Assembly: GCF_035594765.1 (NCBI RefSeq)
Contig: NW_026943847.1
Location: forward strand, 149,173 to 188,000
Direction: 5' to 3'
Length of the DNA stretch: 38,828 nt
Source: Anolis carolinensis
Lineage: Eukaryota
Shown: piece after piece, positions 1 to 10,417 of the stretch
How positions within the stretch are numbered: the stretch's first letter is position 1
How the letters are laid out: each line of letters begins with the position of its first letter
Notes under the pieces: model-generated
Told to the model about the DNA's origin: nothing
Database searches by the model: none
The model's input: the letters and a program-made list of their open reading frames with translations, nothing else
Position numbers and translations under genes: made by a program

Positions 1-24
1 CCCCCCATCCCTCCCCCCACTCAC

Positions 25-64
<40 letters not shown>

Positions 65-912
65 CCCCCCCCCCCGAAAGGCCTCCTTCCTTCTTTCCTT
101 CCTTCCTTCTGACAGGAAAGAGCGCCGCCCGGCCCCTCCCCCCCCAGTGTTCCCGCCTCTCGCTGCACTTCCGCCCTCAAGAAACATGTCGGCCGCGGGC
201 AGGAGACCCACAGAGGGGCGGGGCCCGAGACGGAGAGGCAGGCGGAGAGACACGCCCCTTCTTTCCTTTCCTCCCAACGCCCAATGAGAATCCGCCTTCC
301 TCTCAGAGCGGCGTCATCTCGGCGCAGAGTCCCACTCACCCCCTCCTCTCTCTCTCTCTCTCTCTCCGAAAGGCCTCCTTCCTTCTTTCCTTCCCTCGAA
401 GGCGCTGGTAGAAAAGAGCGCCGCCCGGCCCCGCCCACCCCGAGTCTCCCCGCCTCTCGCAGGACTTCCGCCCTCAAGAAACATGGCGGCCGCGGGCAGG
501 ATTCCCACAGAGGGGCGGGGCCCGAGAGAAGCGGAGAGACAGAAGCGGACAGACACGCCCCTTCTTTCCTTCCTCTCAACGCCCAGCGTCCGCCAATGAG
601 AATCCGCCTTCCTCTCTGGCGTCATCGGTCTCCGGGCAGGAACGCCCCCGCCCTGCCCCCCGCTCCGCCCTTCTGCCGTTAACGGTCACTAAGGGATCGG
701 CCAATCGGAATCGGCCTCGTCTCTCCGCGTCACCCGTCTCCAGGGAGACTCGCCGGCGCCTTCCCGCCTCTGGGTCGGACTCTCCTGGCCCGCTCCTCAT
801 CGCAGGCAGGCTGCTGAAGCGGAGAAGGGGGGGCCAGGCCAAGGAGCGGGAGGCACCTCTGCGTGGACGGGTCATGTCGGGGAAGCAGCCTCCTCTCTCC
901 GCCTCCGCTCGG
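1..912. promoter_or_regulatory. GC/CpG-rich island 1, probable bidirectional promoter, paralog of island 2
   Basis: CpG-dense. Contains ETS-type ACTTCCG (167, 464), YY1-like AAACATGGCGGC (479-490), GC boxes, CCAAT (281, 593, 701) and GCGTCA CRE half-sites (619, 727). Minus-strand GTGAGT donors at 19-24 and 334-339; plus-strand donor G|GTGAG at 911/912. Segment 590-780 aligns with 11652-11835. Confidence 0.75.
17..625. repeat. Imperfect ~300-bp tandem duplication of the promoter/first-exon segment
   Basis: Shared anchors: ccgaaaggcctccttccttctttccttcc (74/366), acttccgccctcaagaaacatg (167/464), ccaatgagaatccgccttcctctc (281/593). Both copies carry a (CT)n tract. Confidence 0.9.
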
Positions 913-1012
913 TGAGGTTTCCCCGCTTCATAATGTGTCGCTTGGGAACCTGAAATGTAGGTCTGACGGGACTGGCAGTTTCCTCTTCCCTCATTATAAC
1001 GACTGCCATATA

Positions 1013-1049
1013 CAGTAGAGTCTCACTTATCCAACACTCGCTTATCCAA
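1013..1049 (+). mobile_element. Orphan left TIR of a Tigger/pogo-type DNA transposon
   Basis: TA followed by cagtagagtctcacttatccaaca matches the reverse complement of the terminus at 22686-22709 (22/24). Confidence 0.7.
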
Positions 1050-1051
1050 TC

Positions 1052-1773
1052 ACAGTCTGGCTTCAGGCCTGGAGACGGCTCTGGTCGCCTTGGTGGGTGA
1101 CCTCCGCAGGGAGCTGGACAGGGGAGTGTGACCCTGCTGGTTCTCTTGGACATCTCAGCGGCTTTCGAGACCATCGACCATGGTCTCCTTCTGGGACGTC
1201 TCTCCGGGATGGGCCTTGGGGGTTCCGCTCTGCAGTGGCTCCAGTCCTTCCTGGAGGGCCGTTCCCAGATGGTGAAGCTGGGGGACACCTGCTCGGACCC
1301 CTGGCCTTTGACCTGTGGGGTCCTGCAAGGTTCCATTCTGTCCCCCATGCTTTTTAACATCTACATGAAACCGCTGGGAGAGGTCATCCGGAGTATTGGA
1401 GTGCGGTGCCATCTCTACGCGGATGACACCCAACTCTACTACTCCTTTCCACCAAACTCCAAGGAAGCCCCTCGGATATTGGATCAGTGCCTGGCCGCTG
1501 TGTTGGCCTGGATGAGGGTGAACAAACTGAGACTTAATTCCGACAAGACAGAGGTCCTCCAGGTCAGTCGTAAGTCTGATCGGGGTATTGGGTGGCAACC
1601 TGTGCTGGACGGGGTCGCACTCCCCCTGAAGGCGCAGGTCCATTGCAGCTTGGGGGTCCTCCTGGATTCGGGGCTGACGCTTGAGGCCCAGGTGTCGGCC
1701 GTGGCCGGGAGGACCTTTGCACAACTAAAACTTGTGCGCCAGCTGCGACCGTACCTCGAGAAGTCTGATCTGA
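1052..1773 (+). mobile_element. L2-clade LINE reverse transcriptase fragment
   Basis: ORF 1128..1790 has LLDISAAFETIDH, GVLQGSILSPMLFNIY, YADDTQLY and LRLNSDKTEVL. Confidence 0.92.
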
Positions 1774-1775
1774 CT

Positions 1776-2490
1776 TTCAGTAGGCAGTGAGTTCCATAGT
1801 CGGGGGGCCACAGCAGAAAAGGCCCTCTCCCTTGTACTCACAAGGCGGGCCTGGGATATAGACAGTGGTGATAAAAGGGCCTCCCCGGATGATCGTAAAG
1901 ATCGGGCAGGTTTATGGAGGGAGATACGGTCACGGAGGTAGGTGGGTCCCAAACCGTTTAGGGCTTTATAGATGATGGTCTGCACCTTGAATTGGGACCG
2001 GAAGATGAACGGCAGCCAGTGGAGCTCCTTAAACAAGGGAGTGGATCTCTCCCTGTAACTTGCCCCCGTTATTAATCTGGCAGCCGAGCGTTGGACCAGT
2101 TGTAATTTCCGAGCCATCTTCAAGGGAAGCCCCACGTAGAGCGCATTACAGTAGTCCAGTCTAGAGGTAACTAAGGCATGCACCACCGTGGTCAAGTCAG
2201 ACTTCACGAGGTATGGTCGCAGTTGGCGCACAGGTTTGAGTTGTGCAAAGGCCCTCCCGGCCACCGCCGACACCTGAGCCTCAAGCGTCAACACTGAGTC
2301 CAGGAGGACCCCCAAACTACGGACCTGTGATTTCAGGGGGAGTGCAACCCCGTCCAGCACAGGCTGCCACCCAATACCCCGATCCGACGAGCGACTGACC
2401 AGGAGGGCCTCTGTCTTGTCAGGATTGATCCTCAGCTTGTTCCTCCTCATCCAGTCTGCCACAGCGGCCAGGCACTGGTTCAGCATCCGA
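1776..2490 (-). mobile_element. L2-clade LINE C-terminal fragment, inverted
   Basis: ORF 1725..2588 has NPDKTEALL, SRLDYCNALYVGLP, LHWLP and RAFSAVAPRLWNSLP. Confidence 0.92.
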
Positions 2491-2750
2491 GGTTCAGCAT
2501 TTAAGGCCTTGAGAGGGGTATATATTTTAAACTTGTGTCCTTTGTATGATGTTTTATGGACTTTAATATGTATTTTATAGAAAGGCAATTTTAATGTAGA
2601 TCTTTTATAGTTAGTTTTATATATATATATCTTTGTTGAATTTTGACAATGTTTGTGTTTTTAAAATTGTGTTGTAACCTCCCTCGAATTGCAAGGAGAG
2701 GCAAGTAAGAAATAAAATTATTATTATTATCATTATTATTGTTATTGTTA
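2491..2750 (+). mobile_element. L2 3' UTR and tail
   Basis: AT-rich UTR, terminal stem-loop (cctccctcg...ggagagg), then aaataaa and a (TTA)n tail. Confidence 0.7.
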
Positions 2751-2825
2751 TATGTACGCATTGAGTTGCTAGAGGTGTAACTTCAGATTGATTTGTAGTT
2801 TTCTTTCTTGCAATAGGACTGAATA
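2751..2825 (+). pseudogene. Remnant of a deleted paralog of gene B (intron sequence)
   Basis: Aligns with 15851-15926 in the gene B intron after exon 3 (atatgta.gcattg.gttgcta...ttcag.ttgatttg.agttttctttcttgcaatag.actgaata). Confidence 0.7.
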
Positions 2826-3089
2826 CTGGCAGGGTTTGGGGCGATTGACTTTGCAATATGGGAGTCGTGGTTCATGCCCATCCAGAGAGCACCAAACCCA
2901 CCCGACTACAGTTCTCGACCAACATGGCCCACAAACCCAACATGGCCGACTGAATACTGGCAGGGTTTGGGGTGACTGCCATTTGCATATGGGAGTTGTA
3001 GTTCACCCTTAGCCAGAGAGCCTTGAACCCAGTCGACAAATAACCCAGCCAACAAATGCTTTTTTCAACTCACCTGGGCACCACTAGGT
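2817..3089 (+). repeat. ~131-bp tandem repeat (about 1.7 copies), possibly the end of a non-autonomous Helitron
   Basis: gactgaatactggcagggtttgggg occurs at 2817 and 2948, and the segment ends near CTAG (3084-3087). The family call is from recall only. Confidence 0.5.
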
Positions 3090-3419
3090 TTACACAAATT
3101 ACAATTTTGGTATTTAAAAACAATATTTTATACAAATAATAATTTTGGTACATTTTTTTTAAAAAGGACTATTTAACAAATATAAAGGGAACAAGGACAC
3201 ACACCTTGCACAATAAGAACAAAACTAACTGACATCAAATGCTAATTTACAAAACTCACTCACTATATGATTTGTATCTCTATTTACTCTTATTTCCTTT
3301 CAATGCGGTTCTATACTTCATCAATGTAGTTAATATGTCCATCTCAACGGATTCATGAATCTTCATCAGTCGTTGTAGTCATTTTTTGTCTTCCATTCTC
3401 TGCAGTTGGGGAGGGATAC

Positions 3420-4760
3420 TGTGTGTCCTAATGGACCCTTTGCCAAAGGTGGGGATTGAACAGTCTCATATCCAGAAAGGGTTTCACTCTACACAGGGAT
3501 AAGTACACACAAAGCAAGGCTGATGGTCTCATGTTCCAGGGCTCTCTCGGTATAAAGTCTGAGGTTTATTAAACAAACACAAGACAAGCCAAGACCATAT
3601 TATTTTATAGGAAAACTAAAGTCTTCAGTCCAGCTAAAACAGTGGTTCCCAACCTGGGGTCCATGGACCACCAGTGGTCCGCAAGAACTAAAATAGGGTT
3701 CACAGCCTCACAGTTACTACAGCATTACAATGAGAGTGACTGGTCTCGCGAAACCCTCTTATAGTCCTGAGGATTATTAAATATGGTTTTCTGTGGGCGA
3801 GCAGATGACGACTAACTGGATGGCATATCAGGAATGAGAGCTGACGTGGTCTATCCAATGCAATTTTCTGAATCATCACTCCAAATAACCAAACCAAATC
3901 TAAAGTTGACCAAAAACTGATTTATAACCCTTCTGGTACTAATTTTGGAGAGTGGTCCCTTGTCAAATGATCCCTAGTTTAAAAAAAGGTTGGGAGCCAC
4001 TGAGCTAAAATAATTGGAGCAACACAGTTGAAGGAACAATGAATACAAGTGCAGGTCAAGAGTCCAATTATTGCGGACAAGTTGAGTACTGCAGATACAG
4101 GTCAGGAGTGAAAATTAACAAGAACCAAGGTCACAGTCCCAACAGTCACATGCCAGGAGTTCATTCAGCTGAGTTGATAAAACAACAACCAAGAAATCAA
4201 GAGTACAAACCGAATTTAGAGTCCCAAAGTCAAGCCAGAAAGTCAGGGATACAAACAAAGTCCAAGTCCATATACGAAACCTAGACGTCAGTCCAGAATT
4301 TAGAGTCAATGATTCAGGATACAACAAAGTCCAGAAAAGGGTTAAAAGTACAGGGCTAGCACCCAAAATTTCAACCAAGGGACTCAGGACAGATCACAGT
4401 ACATACAGTACACATGCATGGGAAACAATTGATGCCATTGAATGCAGAAGAGCCAAGAAATAAGGCAGGAGTATGAAGATACGACGTTATCTGCAACCAA
4501 AGAGCTATTCTTTTTCAGAACCCTTTAATCCAGAGATCTCTGCTGCTGCTCATTTCAGCAAACCTTCACACATCATCCTAGAAGCCTGCGATGGGTCTCT
4601 TTGCGGAGGAGGTTAGGTGAACCCCTTCCAAGCTTGCTGCCATTCTGAGTGACACCTGCTCCCAGTAGCCGTCAACCAAGGCCACACAAACTCCGATTCA
4701 TGGTGGAGAGAGAGCAAGGTGCTGGCCTTCCTCTTTCCTTCCAATGTGTTTTTATAGATT
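3420..4760 (-). mobile_element. Possible LTR-like element in the gene A 3' region
   Basis: Strong strand bias with repeated gtcc/agtc words, minus-strand AATAAA at 3565-3570, and absent from the paralogous gene C 3' region. Termini and TSD were not identified. Confidence 0.35.
3640..4002. mobile_element. Non-autonomous hAT (Charlie-like) MITE
   Basis: TIRs cagtggttcccaacct / aggttgggagccactg; perfect 8-bp TSD agctaaaa (3632-3639, 4003-4010). Confidence 0.93.
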
Positions 4761-4857
4761 CGGAAACTCAAAGGCCCGTCTCCTCTAGAGGTACATGAGT
4801 TCTGTGATGTCTACTGTATGCTGAACTTTTTCTAAAGCTCTGTTCCTATTCCGTGCA

Positions 4858-6006
4858 TTAAGGTGACTTCTCCTCTGTGTGGGTCCTTTGATGGGAACAT
4901 AGACTGCCACTCTGACTGAGGCTTTCTCCACATTCTATGCATTTATATGGCTTCTCCCCTGTGTGCTTCCTTTGATGGGAACGTAGACTGTAACTCCGAC
5001 TGAAGCTTTCTCCACATTCTATGCATTTATAGGGCTTCTCCCCTGTGTGCTTCCTTTGATGGGAACGTAGACTGCCACTGTGACTGAAGTTTTCTCCACA
5101 TTCCATGCATTTATATGGCTTCTCCCCTGTGTGGGTCCTTTGATGGGAACGTAGACTGTCACTCCGACTGAAGCTTTCTCCACATTCTATGCATTTATAG
5201 GGTTTCTCCCCTGTGTGGGTCCTTTGATGGGAACGTAATTTGTCACTCCGACTGAAGCTCTTTCCACATTCCACACATTCATATGGCTTCTCCCCTATGT
5301 GAGTCCTTTGATGGGAACGTAGATTGCCACTGTGACTGAAGCTCTTTCCGCATTCTACGCATTTATGTGGCTTCTCCCCTGTGTGGGTCTTTTGATGGGA
5401 ACGTAGACTGCCACTTTGACTGAAGCTTTCTCCACATTCTATGCATTTATATGGCTTCTCCCCTGTGTGCTTCCTTTGATGGGAACGTAGACTGTCACTC
5501 CGACTGAAATTTTCTCCACATTCTATGCATTTATAGGGCTTCTCCCCTGTGTGCTTCCTTTGATGGGAACGTAGACTGCCACTGTGACTGAAGTTTTCTC
5601 CACATTCCATGCATTTAGAGGGCTTCTCCCCTGTGTGGGTCCTTTGATGGGAACATAGACTGCCACTGTGACTGAAGTTTTCTCCACATTCCATGCATTT
5701 ATATGGCTTCTCCCCTGTGTGGGTCCTTTGATGGGAACGTAGACTGTCACTCCGACTGAAGCTTTCTCCACATTCTATGCATTTATAGGGTTTCTCCCCT
5801 GTGTGGGTCCTTTGATGGGAACGTAATTTGTCACTCCGACTGAAGCTCTTTCCACATTCCACACATTCATATGGCTTCTCCCCTGTGTGGGTCCGTTCAT
5901 GTACAGTAAGAGAACTTTTGCAATCAAATTGTTTCCCACATTCCAGACACTGATGTAACTTCTCCCCTGTGTGTGATCTAGGATAGGGAGGTAGAGGACT
6001 TGCCAT
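4858..6006 (-). CDS. Gene A: C2H2 zinc-finger-only protein, 382 aa, 13 fingers
   Basis: 13 tandem CxxC..H...H fingers with TGEKP-type linkers. ATG at 6006 in a good Kozak context (agaATGG), with an in-frame TAA 9 codons upstream. A decayed 14th finger (CTE*EQSFRKSSAYSRHHRTH) follows the stop. Confidence 0.85.
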   Translation of the reverse strand: MASPLPPYPRSHTGEKLHQCLECGKQFDCKSSLTVHERTHTGEKPYECVECGKSFSRSDKLRSHQRTHTGEKPYKCIECGESFSRSDSLRSHQRTHTGEKPYKCMECGENFSHSGSLCSHQRTHTGEKPSKCMECGENFSHSGSLRSHQRKHTGEKPYKCIECGENFSRSDSLRSHQRKHTGEKPYKCIECGESFSQSGSLRSHQKTHTGEKPHKCVECGKSFSHSGNLRSHQRTHIGEKPYECVECGKSFSRSDKLRSHQRTHTGEKPYKCIECGESFSRSDSLRSHQRTHTGEKPYKCMECGENFSHSGSLRSHQRKHTGEKPYKCIECGESFSRSYSLRSHQRKHTGEKPYKCIECGESLSQSGSLCSHQRTHTEEKSP

Positions 6007-6297
6007 TCTTTTATATTTATAATTCAAATATTATGCCAGGCGTTCACAGATATAACCTCCTGAGCAGCACAGTCTTTGTATTGCTGTAGCCTTCTGCTCG
6101 CTTTCCCAAGCCTCTCTTTTTTCAGCACAATCTTATTTCCTCCTCTTAACTGCATAGGTTTGTAGCTTGAAATATATTTTTACTACTTATTTTTTCTTGT
6201 TGTCATTGCTGTGTATTTTGAAGTCCCTTTAGACTTAGAGCACTCCTTGGGCAAAGCTCTCACAACGTATTCTTTGCAGAGCTTTTTCAGAAGTTAC
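6007..6297 (-). other. 5' non-coding part of the gene A terminal exon (acceptor at 6298/6297)
   Basis: ttcccctcatttgtctgcag|GTAAC. The acceptor and flanks 5960-6460 align with gene C 34920-35430. Confidence 0.65.
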
Positions 6298-6579
6298 CTG
6301 CAGACAAATGAGGGGAAAATCTCTTCAGGAGTTGAACAGAGAAAGATCTCATGGAACATGAAAAACAAGTCTCGTGCTGTAACAAACCCAGGGGAAGAGG
6401 GTGAGCCCATTGCCTGGTGAGAAATGCTTTAACACTTGCCTAACAACAAACTATCCCTCCTCAGGTCCAAAGGGGACAGTGCGCAAAGATACTCTGCACA
6501 AAATAAAATCCAACCCTACCGATTAAAATCCAACAATGCAGCAAAGCTGAAGGCATAACAGGCTGTGAACTGTGAACAT

Positions 6580-7650
6580 TTATTTTTGGCATCTTTCGCT
6601 GAATTAAATTATTCTCAATGTCTTGTAGAGATATGTGGTCAGCCTTATATAAATTAATGTAATAATGTTTTAAAGCCTGTTGAATATTGATATCATCTAT
6701 TAATATTTTATCCTCATGTTGTATCTTAACAGTAAGTCCCCTTCAGGGTAGAGAAAGGCGGGGTAGAAATGTCATAAATAAATAAATACATAAATAAAGA
6801 ATTGACAATTACATTTTTGGGCTTTCTTTCCTCAACGTATATGCTAACTATTTCCTTGGTTTGTTAGCTGATTCAAAATATTTTTTTTTGCATTCTTTAT
6901 TTTAGTTTCCAATTCATTAACTAGTAACACAATAATTGCTTTTGTAGGAGTTTTATCTGAGTTAGAATGTTTGAATTCAAAGGATTTTTCTTTAACTCCT
7001 CTTCTTTTTTTAATATCATCTGAAATTATCTGAAAATATTTCTGTCTATTCTTTCTCATTTCAGTGTTGCATTTTATAAAGTATCCTCTAATATAAGCTG
7101 TACTGGCATCCCATACTGTTTGAATATCTGTAACTTGATTTAAATTAAATTCCAAATATTCTTTCAGTTTTTCTTTCAAATTCTCAATTACGTCCTCCTT
7201 TTGCAGTAGTGATTCATTCAGCTGCCATCTAAGTGTTTTTAATAATAATAATAATAATAACTTTATTTTTATACCCGCCCCATCTCCCCGAAGGAACTCG
7301 GGGCGGCTTACATGGGGCCTTGCCCGATAAAACAATCAAATATCAAAACACAGCAATAAAACAGTTATCCAATAAAAACATCAATTACAGTAAAAACAAT
7401 CGTTAAATCAACATAAAACATACAATATTAACACTGGAGTCTAATTCATAGAACCCAGGCAAAGCGCAACATGTGCCGAAATGGGCCGAAATGGGGAAGG
7501 GCCATTTTTTACTTTCTTTTTAATTACTAGAGTCACTGGATTATGATCTGAGATAGTTTTGGGTAGGAGTTCTGTCTTTTGAACAGGTTTTGAGTTTGGC
7601 AGATATCCATATCTTTTCCATTCTAGAGAAAGTATTTTGTCTTTCTGAAA
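6580..7650 (-). mobile_element. L1/Tx1-like LINE ORF2 fragment (end of endonuclease plus linker), interrupted by L2 tails
   Basis: ISDHNPV near 7530-7555; WQLNESLL...VWDASTAYIRG in ORF 6844..7335. L2-type tails at about 6733-6797 (+) and 7241-7490 (-). Confidence 0.75.
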
Positions 7651-7658
7651 ATTGTGTA

Positions 7659-8160
7659 CTGTATATACTCGAGTAAAAGCCGAGGCACCTAATTTAACAC
7701 AAAAAACTGGGAAAAACTATTGACTCAAGTATAAGACGGGGTGGGAAATGCAGCAGGTACTGGTACATTTCAAAATAAAAATAGATAGCAATAAAATTAG
7801 ATTAATGGAGGCATCAGAAGGTTAAATGTTTTTGAATATTTACATACAACTGCAATTTAAGACTTTCCAACTGTGATTAAATTATTATTCTAAGCTTCTT
7901 CAATGTAAATGTGCTTATATATTCTTCCAATAATCACCATAGTTTATTTTAACTATACATTTTGGGGGAAATGCAGTGTGTATACGAATAAAGAAAAGTG
8001 GGAAAGACGAGTGCCGAGGAGAGGAAGGCGTGCGCTGCACGGGAAAGGAGGAGAGGCTTATACTTGCGTATATACAGTATATTCTTTGCATCCCCCTCCC
8101 CGAGAGTTTGTCTTTCTTTGGTGAAATCACTCCATTCCAATCTCCCAAAAGGCACCCGTT
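7659..8160 (+). mobile_element. Tc1/mariner (Tc2-like) non-autonomous element, left part
   Basis: TA followed by a ctgtatatactcgagtaaaagccg terminus, with an internal repeat gactcaagtataagacg. No right TIR seen. Confidence 0.55.
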
Positions 8161-8164
8161 TTCA

Positions 8165-8600
8165 TAATGGAGGTCTGTTGGAAACTAGGCACGTGGGGTT
8201 TATATATCTGTGTAATGACAAGGGTGGGAGAAAGAACTCTTGTCTGCCCGAGGCAAGTGTGAATGTTGCAGCTGGCCACCTTGATTGACACTGAATTTCA
8301 TTTTTAAAGCCTGCCTGCTTTCTGCCTGGGGGAATCCTTTGTTGGGAGGTGTTAGCTGACCCATTGTTTCATGCCTGCAATTCTCATTTTTTGAGTGTTG
8401 ATTTTTATTTACTGATTTTAGAGTCTTTTTTCATACTGGTAGCCAGATTGTGTTCAATTTCATGGTTTTCTCCTTTCTGTTGAAATTGTCCACATGCTTG
8501 TGGATTTCAATGGCTTTTCTGTGTAGTCTGACATGGTAGTTGTCAGAGTAATCCAACATTTCTGTGTTCTCAAATAATATACTATGTTGGTTCATCAAGT
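8165..8600 (-). mobile_element. Penelope-like element fragment (end of GIY-YIG endonuclease plus UTR)
   Basis: HSILFENTEMLD...YHVRLHRKAIEIHKHVDNFNRKE...LNTIWLPV in ORF 8431..8967. Confidence 0.75.
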
Positions 8601-8709
8601 GTTCGGCTTCCCCTTGGCAACATCTTTGTAGATGGCTGATTCTCCCACACCAGAAGAGACTCGGGCTCTCATCTGGCTCGTCATACCTCATAGAGCTTGT
8701 TGAGTTTAG

Positions 8710-9160
8710 GATCGCAGTGCTCGAACCGGTTTGTAAACGGAGATGCAGACTATTTGCAGAATCGCGTCCCTGTTTACAAACCGGCTCGAGCACTGCGATC
8801 TGCGGAGGAGGCCCTGCTCTCAGTCCCACCCCCGTCTCAAGCACGGCTGGTGGGAACGAGAAAGGGGGCCTTCTCCGTGCTCCTCCCCTCCTCTGGAAAT
8901 CCCTCCCAAAAGAACGAAAAACTGCCCCCTCCCTCCTTGCCTTCAAACTAAAAACACATCTATGCACTCTGGCCTACTGAGAGGAGGAAGACTAATACGA
9001 CTCGATATGTATCATTGTCTAGATATATTAAATCCTGTCTAGATACTGGAATTGATCTCAATTGGACACCATCTGACCACTTAATAAGGTCTGAGCTGTT
9101 TGAAGTGTTTATTCTGTGTACATTTACACTATGTGACTATATTTGCTAGGCTTGTCAAGT
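8710..9160 (+). mobile_element. L2 3' fragment with a short inverted duplication at its 5' junction
   Basis: YLQNRV..YKPARALRSAEEALLSVP..RLVGTRKGAFSV. Segment 8710-8738 is the reverse complement of 8772-8800 (28/29). Confidence 0.8.
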
Positions 9161-9256
9161 TTTATTTTTGAGGAGAGTCCTCCAAGTTCTGTCAGTCATC
9201 CAGATTTGACTGCAGGCATGTTTCAAAATCCAAAAAGATGTCCCATTGGTGAGGAA

Positions 9257-9565
9257 GAGGAGGGGGAAAGGCTTCCTTTCTGTTGCTCTGGAGACTAAGG
9301 GACAACGGAGCCAGGAGGTCAAACGGCAAGAAAAGGGATTCCTCCCAAACACGAGGAAGGACTTCCTGAGGGCAAGAAGAAGAGCTGTTCAGCAGGGGAA
9401 CTCTCTGCCTCAGAGTCTGGTGGGAGCTCCTTCTTTGGAGGATTTAGTCAGAGGCTGGATGGAGATCTGTCGGGAGGATTTGGATTGTGTTTCCCTGCCT
9501 GGCAGAAGGTGGTGGGGCTGGGTGGCCCTTGGGGTCTCTCCCAACCCTCTGGCTTCGGGGATTCC
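9257..9565 (+). mobile_element. CR1 LINE 3' end, diverged
   Basis: RQEKGFLPNTRKDFLR..RAVQQGNSLPQSLVGAPSLE plus a CR1-type UTR, homologous to 32340-32645. Confidence 0.8.
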
Positions 9566-10185
9566 TCGTGTCTCAGTCCTAGGCCAAGGCTGCCGCCTCC
9601 CCCTCCCCCGCCTCCTCCTCAAGGACTTGGGAGATATTTGTCTTGGGATAGAACTCCCAGGTTCCTCCAACCCTCATGCCAGGAGGGTTTCTGGGCGTTG
9701 TAGTCCAAGAGAGCCATTCCCTTTGGGGAGAGAGGGAGGGTTAGAAATAAAGTTATTACTATTACTATTATTATCATTATTCCCTCCACTCTCTTGAGCA
9801 GGGATTCCCAAACTCTATTCCTCTGGGATTTCTTGGACTTTAGCACCCAGAAGCCTCAGCTGCCTTGGCCCAAGATCAGGGATTCTGGGACATGGAGTCC
9901 CTGGAAGTGGAAGGCCAAGGCTTGGGAAGGGAGGCTCCTGAGAAGGGACCAGGCTTCCACGGCTGAACTGCTCTTGCCATCCAGAAATGCTTCCCAATGT
10001 TTAGTTGGAAGCTTCTTTCCCACAATGTGAATCAACTGCTTTCCATTTTAGTCTCCAGAGTAGCAGGAAAAACTTGCCCTTTTCTCCTCAGTGGGACATC
10101 CTTCCCCATATTGGCTCTCCTGTCCCCTCGGCCTTTCTTTCCCTCTCAGCTAAAGATACCCAAACTACTCCCAAGTCCGCCTCAC

Positions 10186-10291
10186 CTTTTGGCACCTGCT
10201 GGTCCTTCTCCACTTCGGCCTGGAGCTTCTTCTGCACAGCCTCCGCCAATCCCTCCCTGCAGACGCCCTTCTTTCCGCAGGACAGCCCTCT
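10186..10291 (-). other. Candidate non-coding 5' UTR exon of gene A
   Basis: Acceptor ccttccctcggcag| and donor AAAG|gtgagg; purine-rich; lies between island 2 and the gene A terminal exon. Confidence 0.4.
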
Positions 10292-10417
10292 CTGCCGAGG
10301 GAAGGTTATGCGTCTGTTGCCATTTCCCAAAAAGGACAAAGCCGTCAAAAAGGGAAAAGCAGCAACAACAGCAGTTCAGCAGATCAGGAGCTCCATAATA
10401 ATAATAATAATAATAAT

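Noticed and set aside
284-875. ORFs in island 1
   Set aside because: GC-rich promoter sequence, and the frames are not shared with the paralogous island 2.
996-1012. 17-bp match ataacgactgccatata with 13689-13705
   Set aside because: Too short to separate paralogy from a shared LINE 3' UTR word; the flanks do not align.
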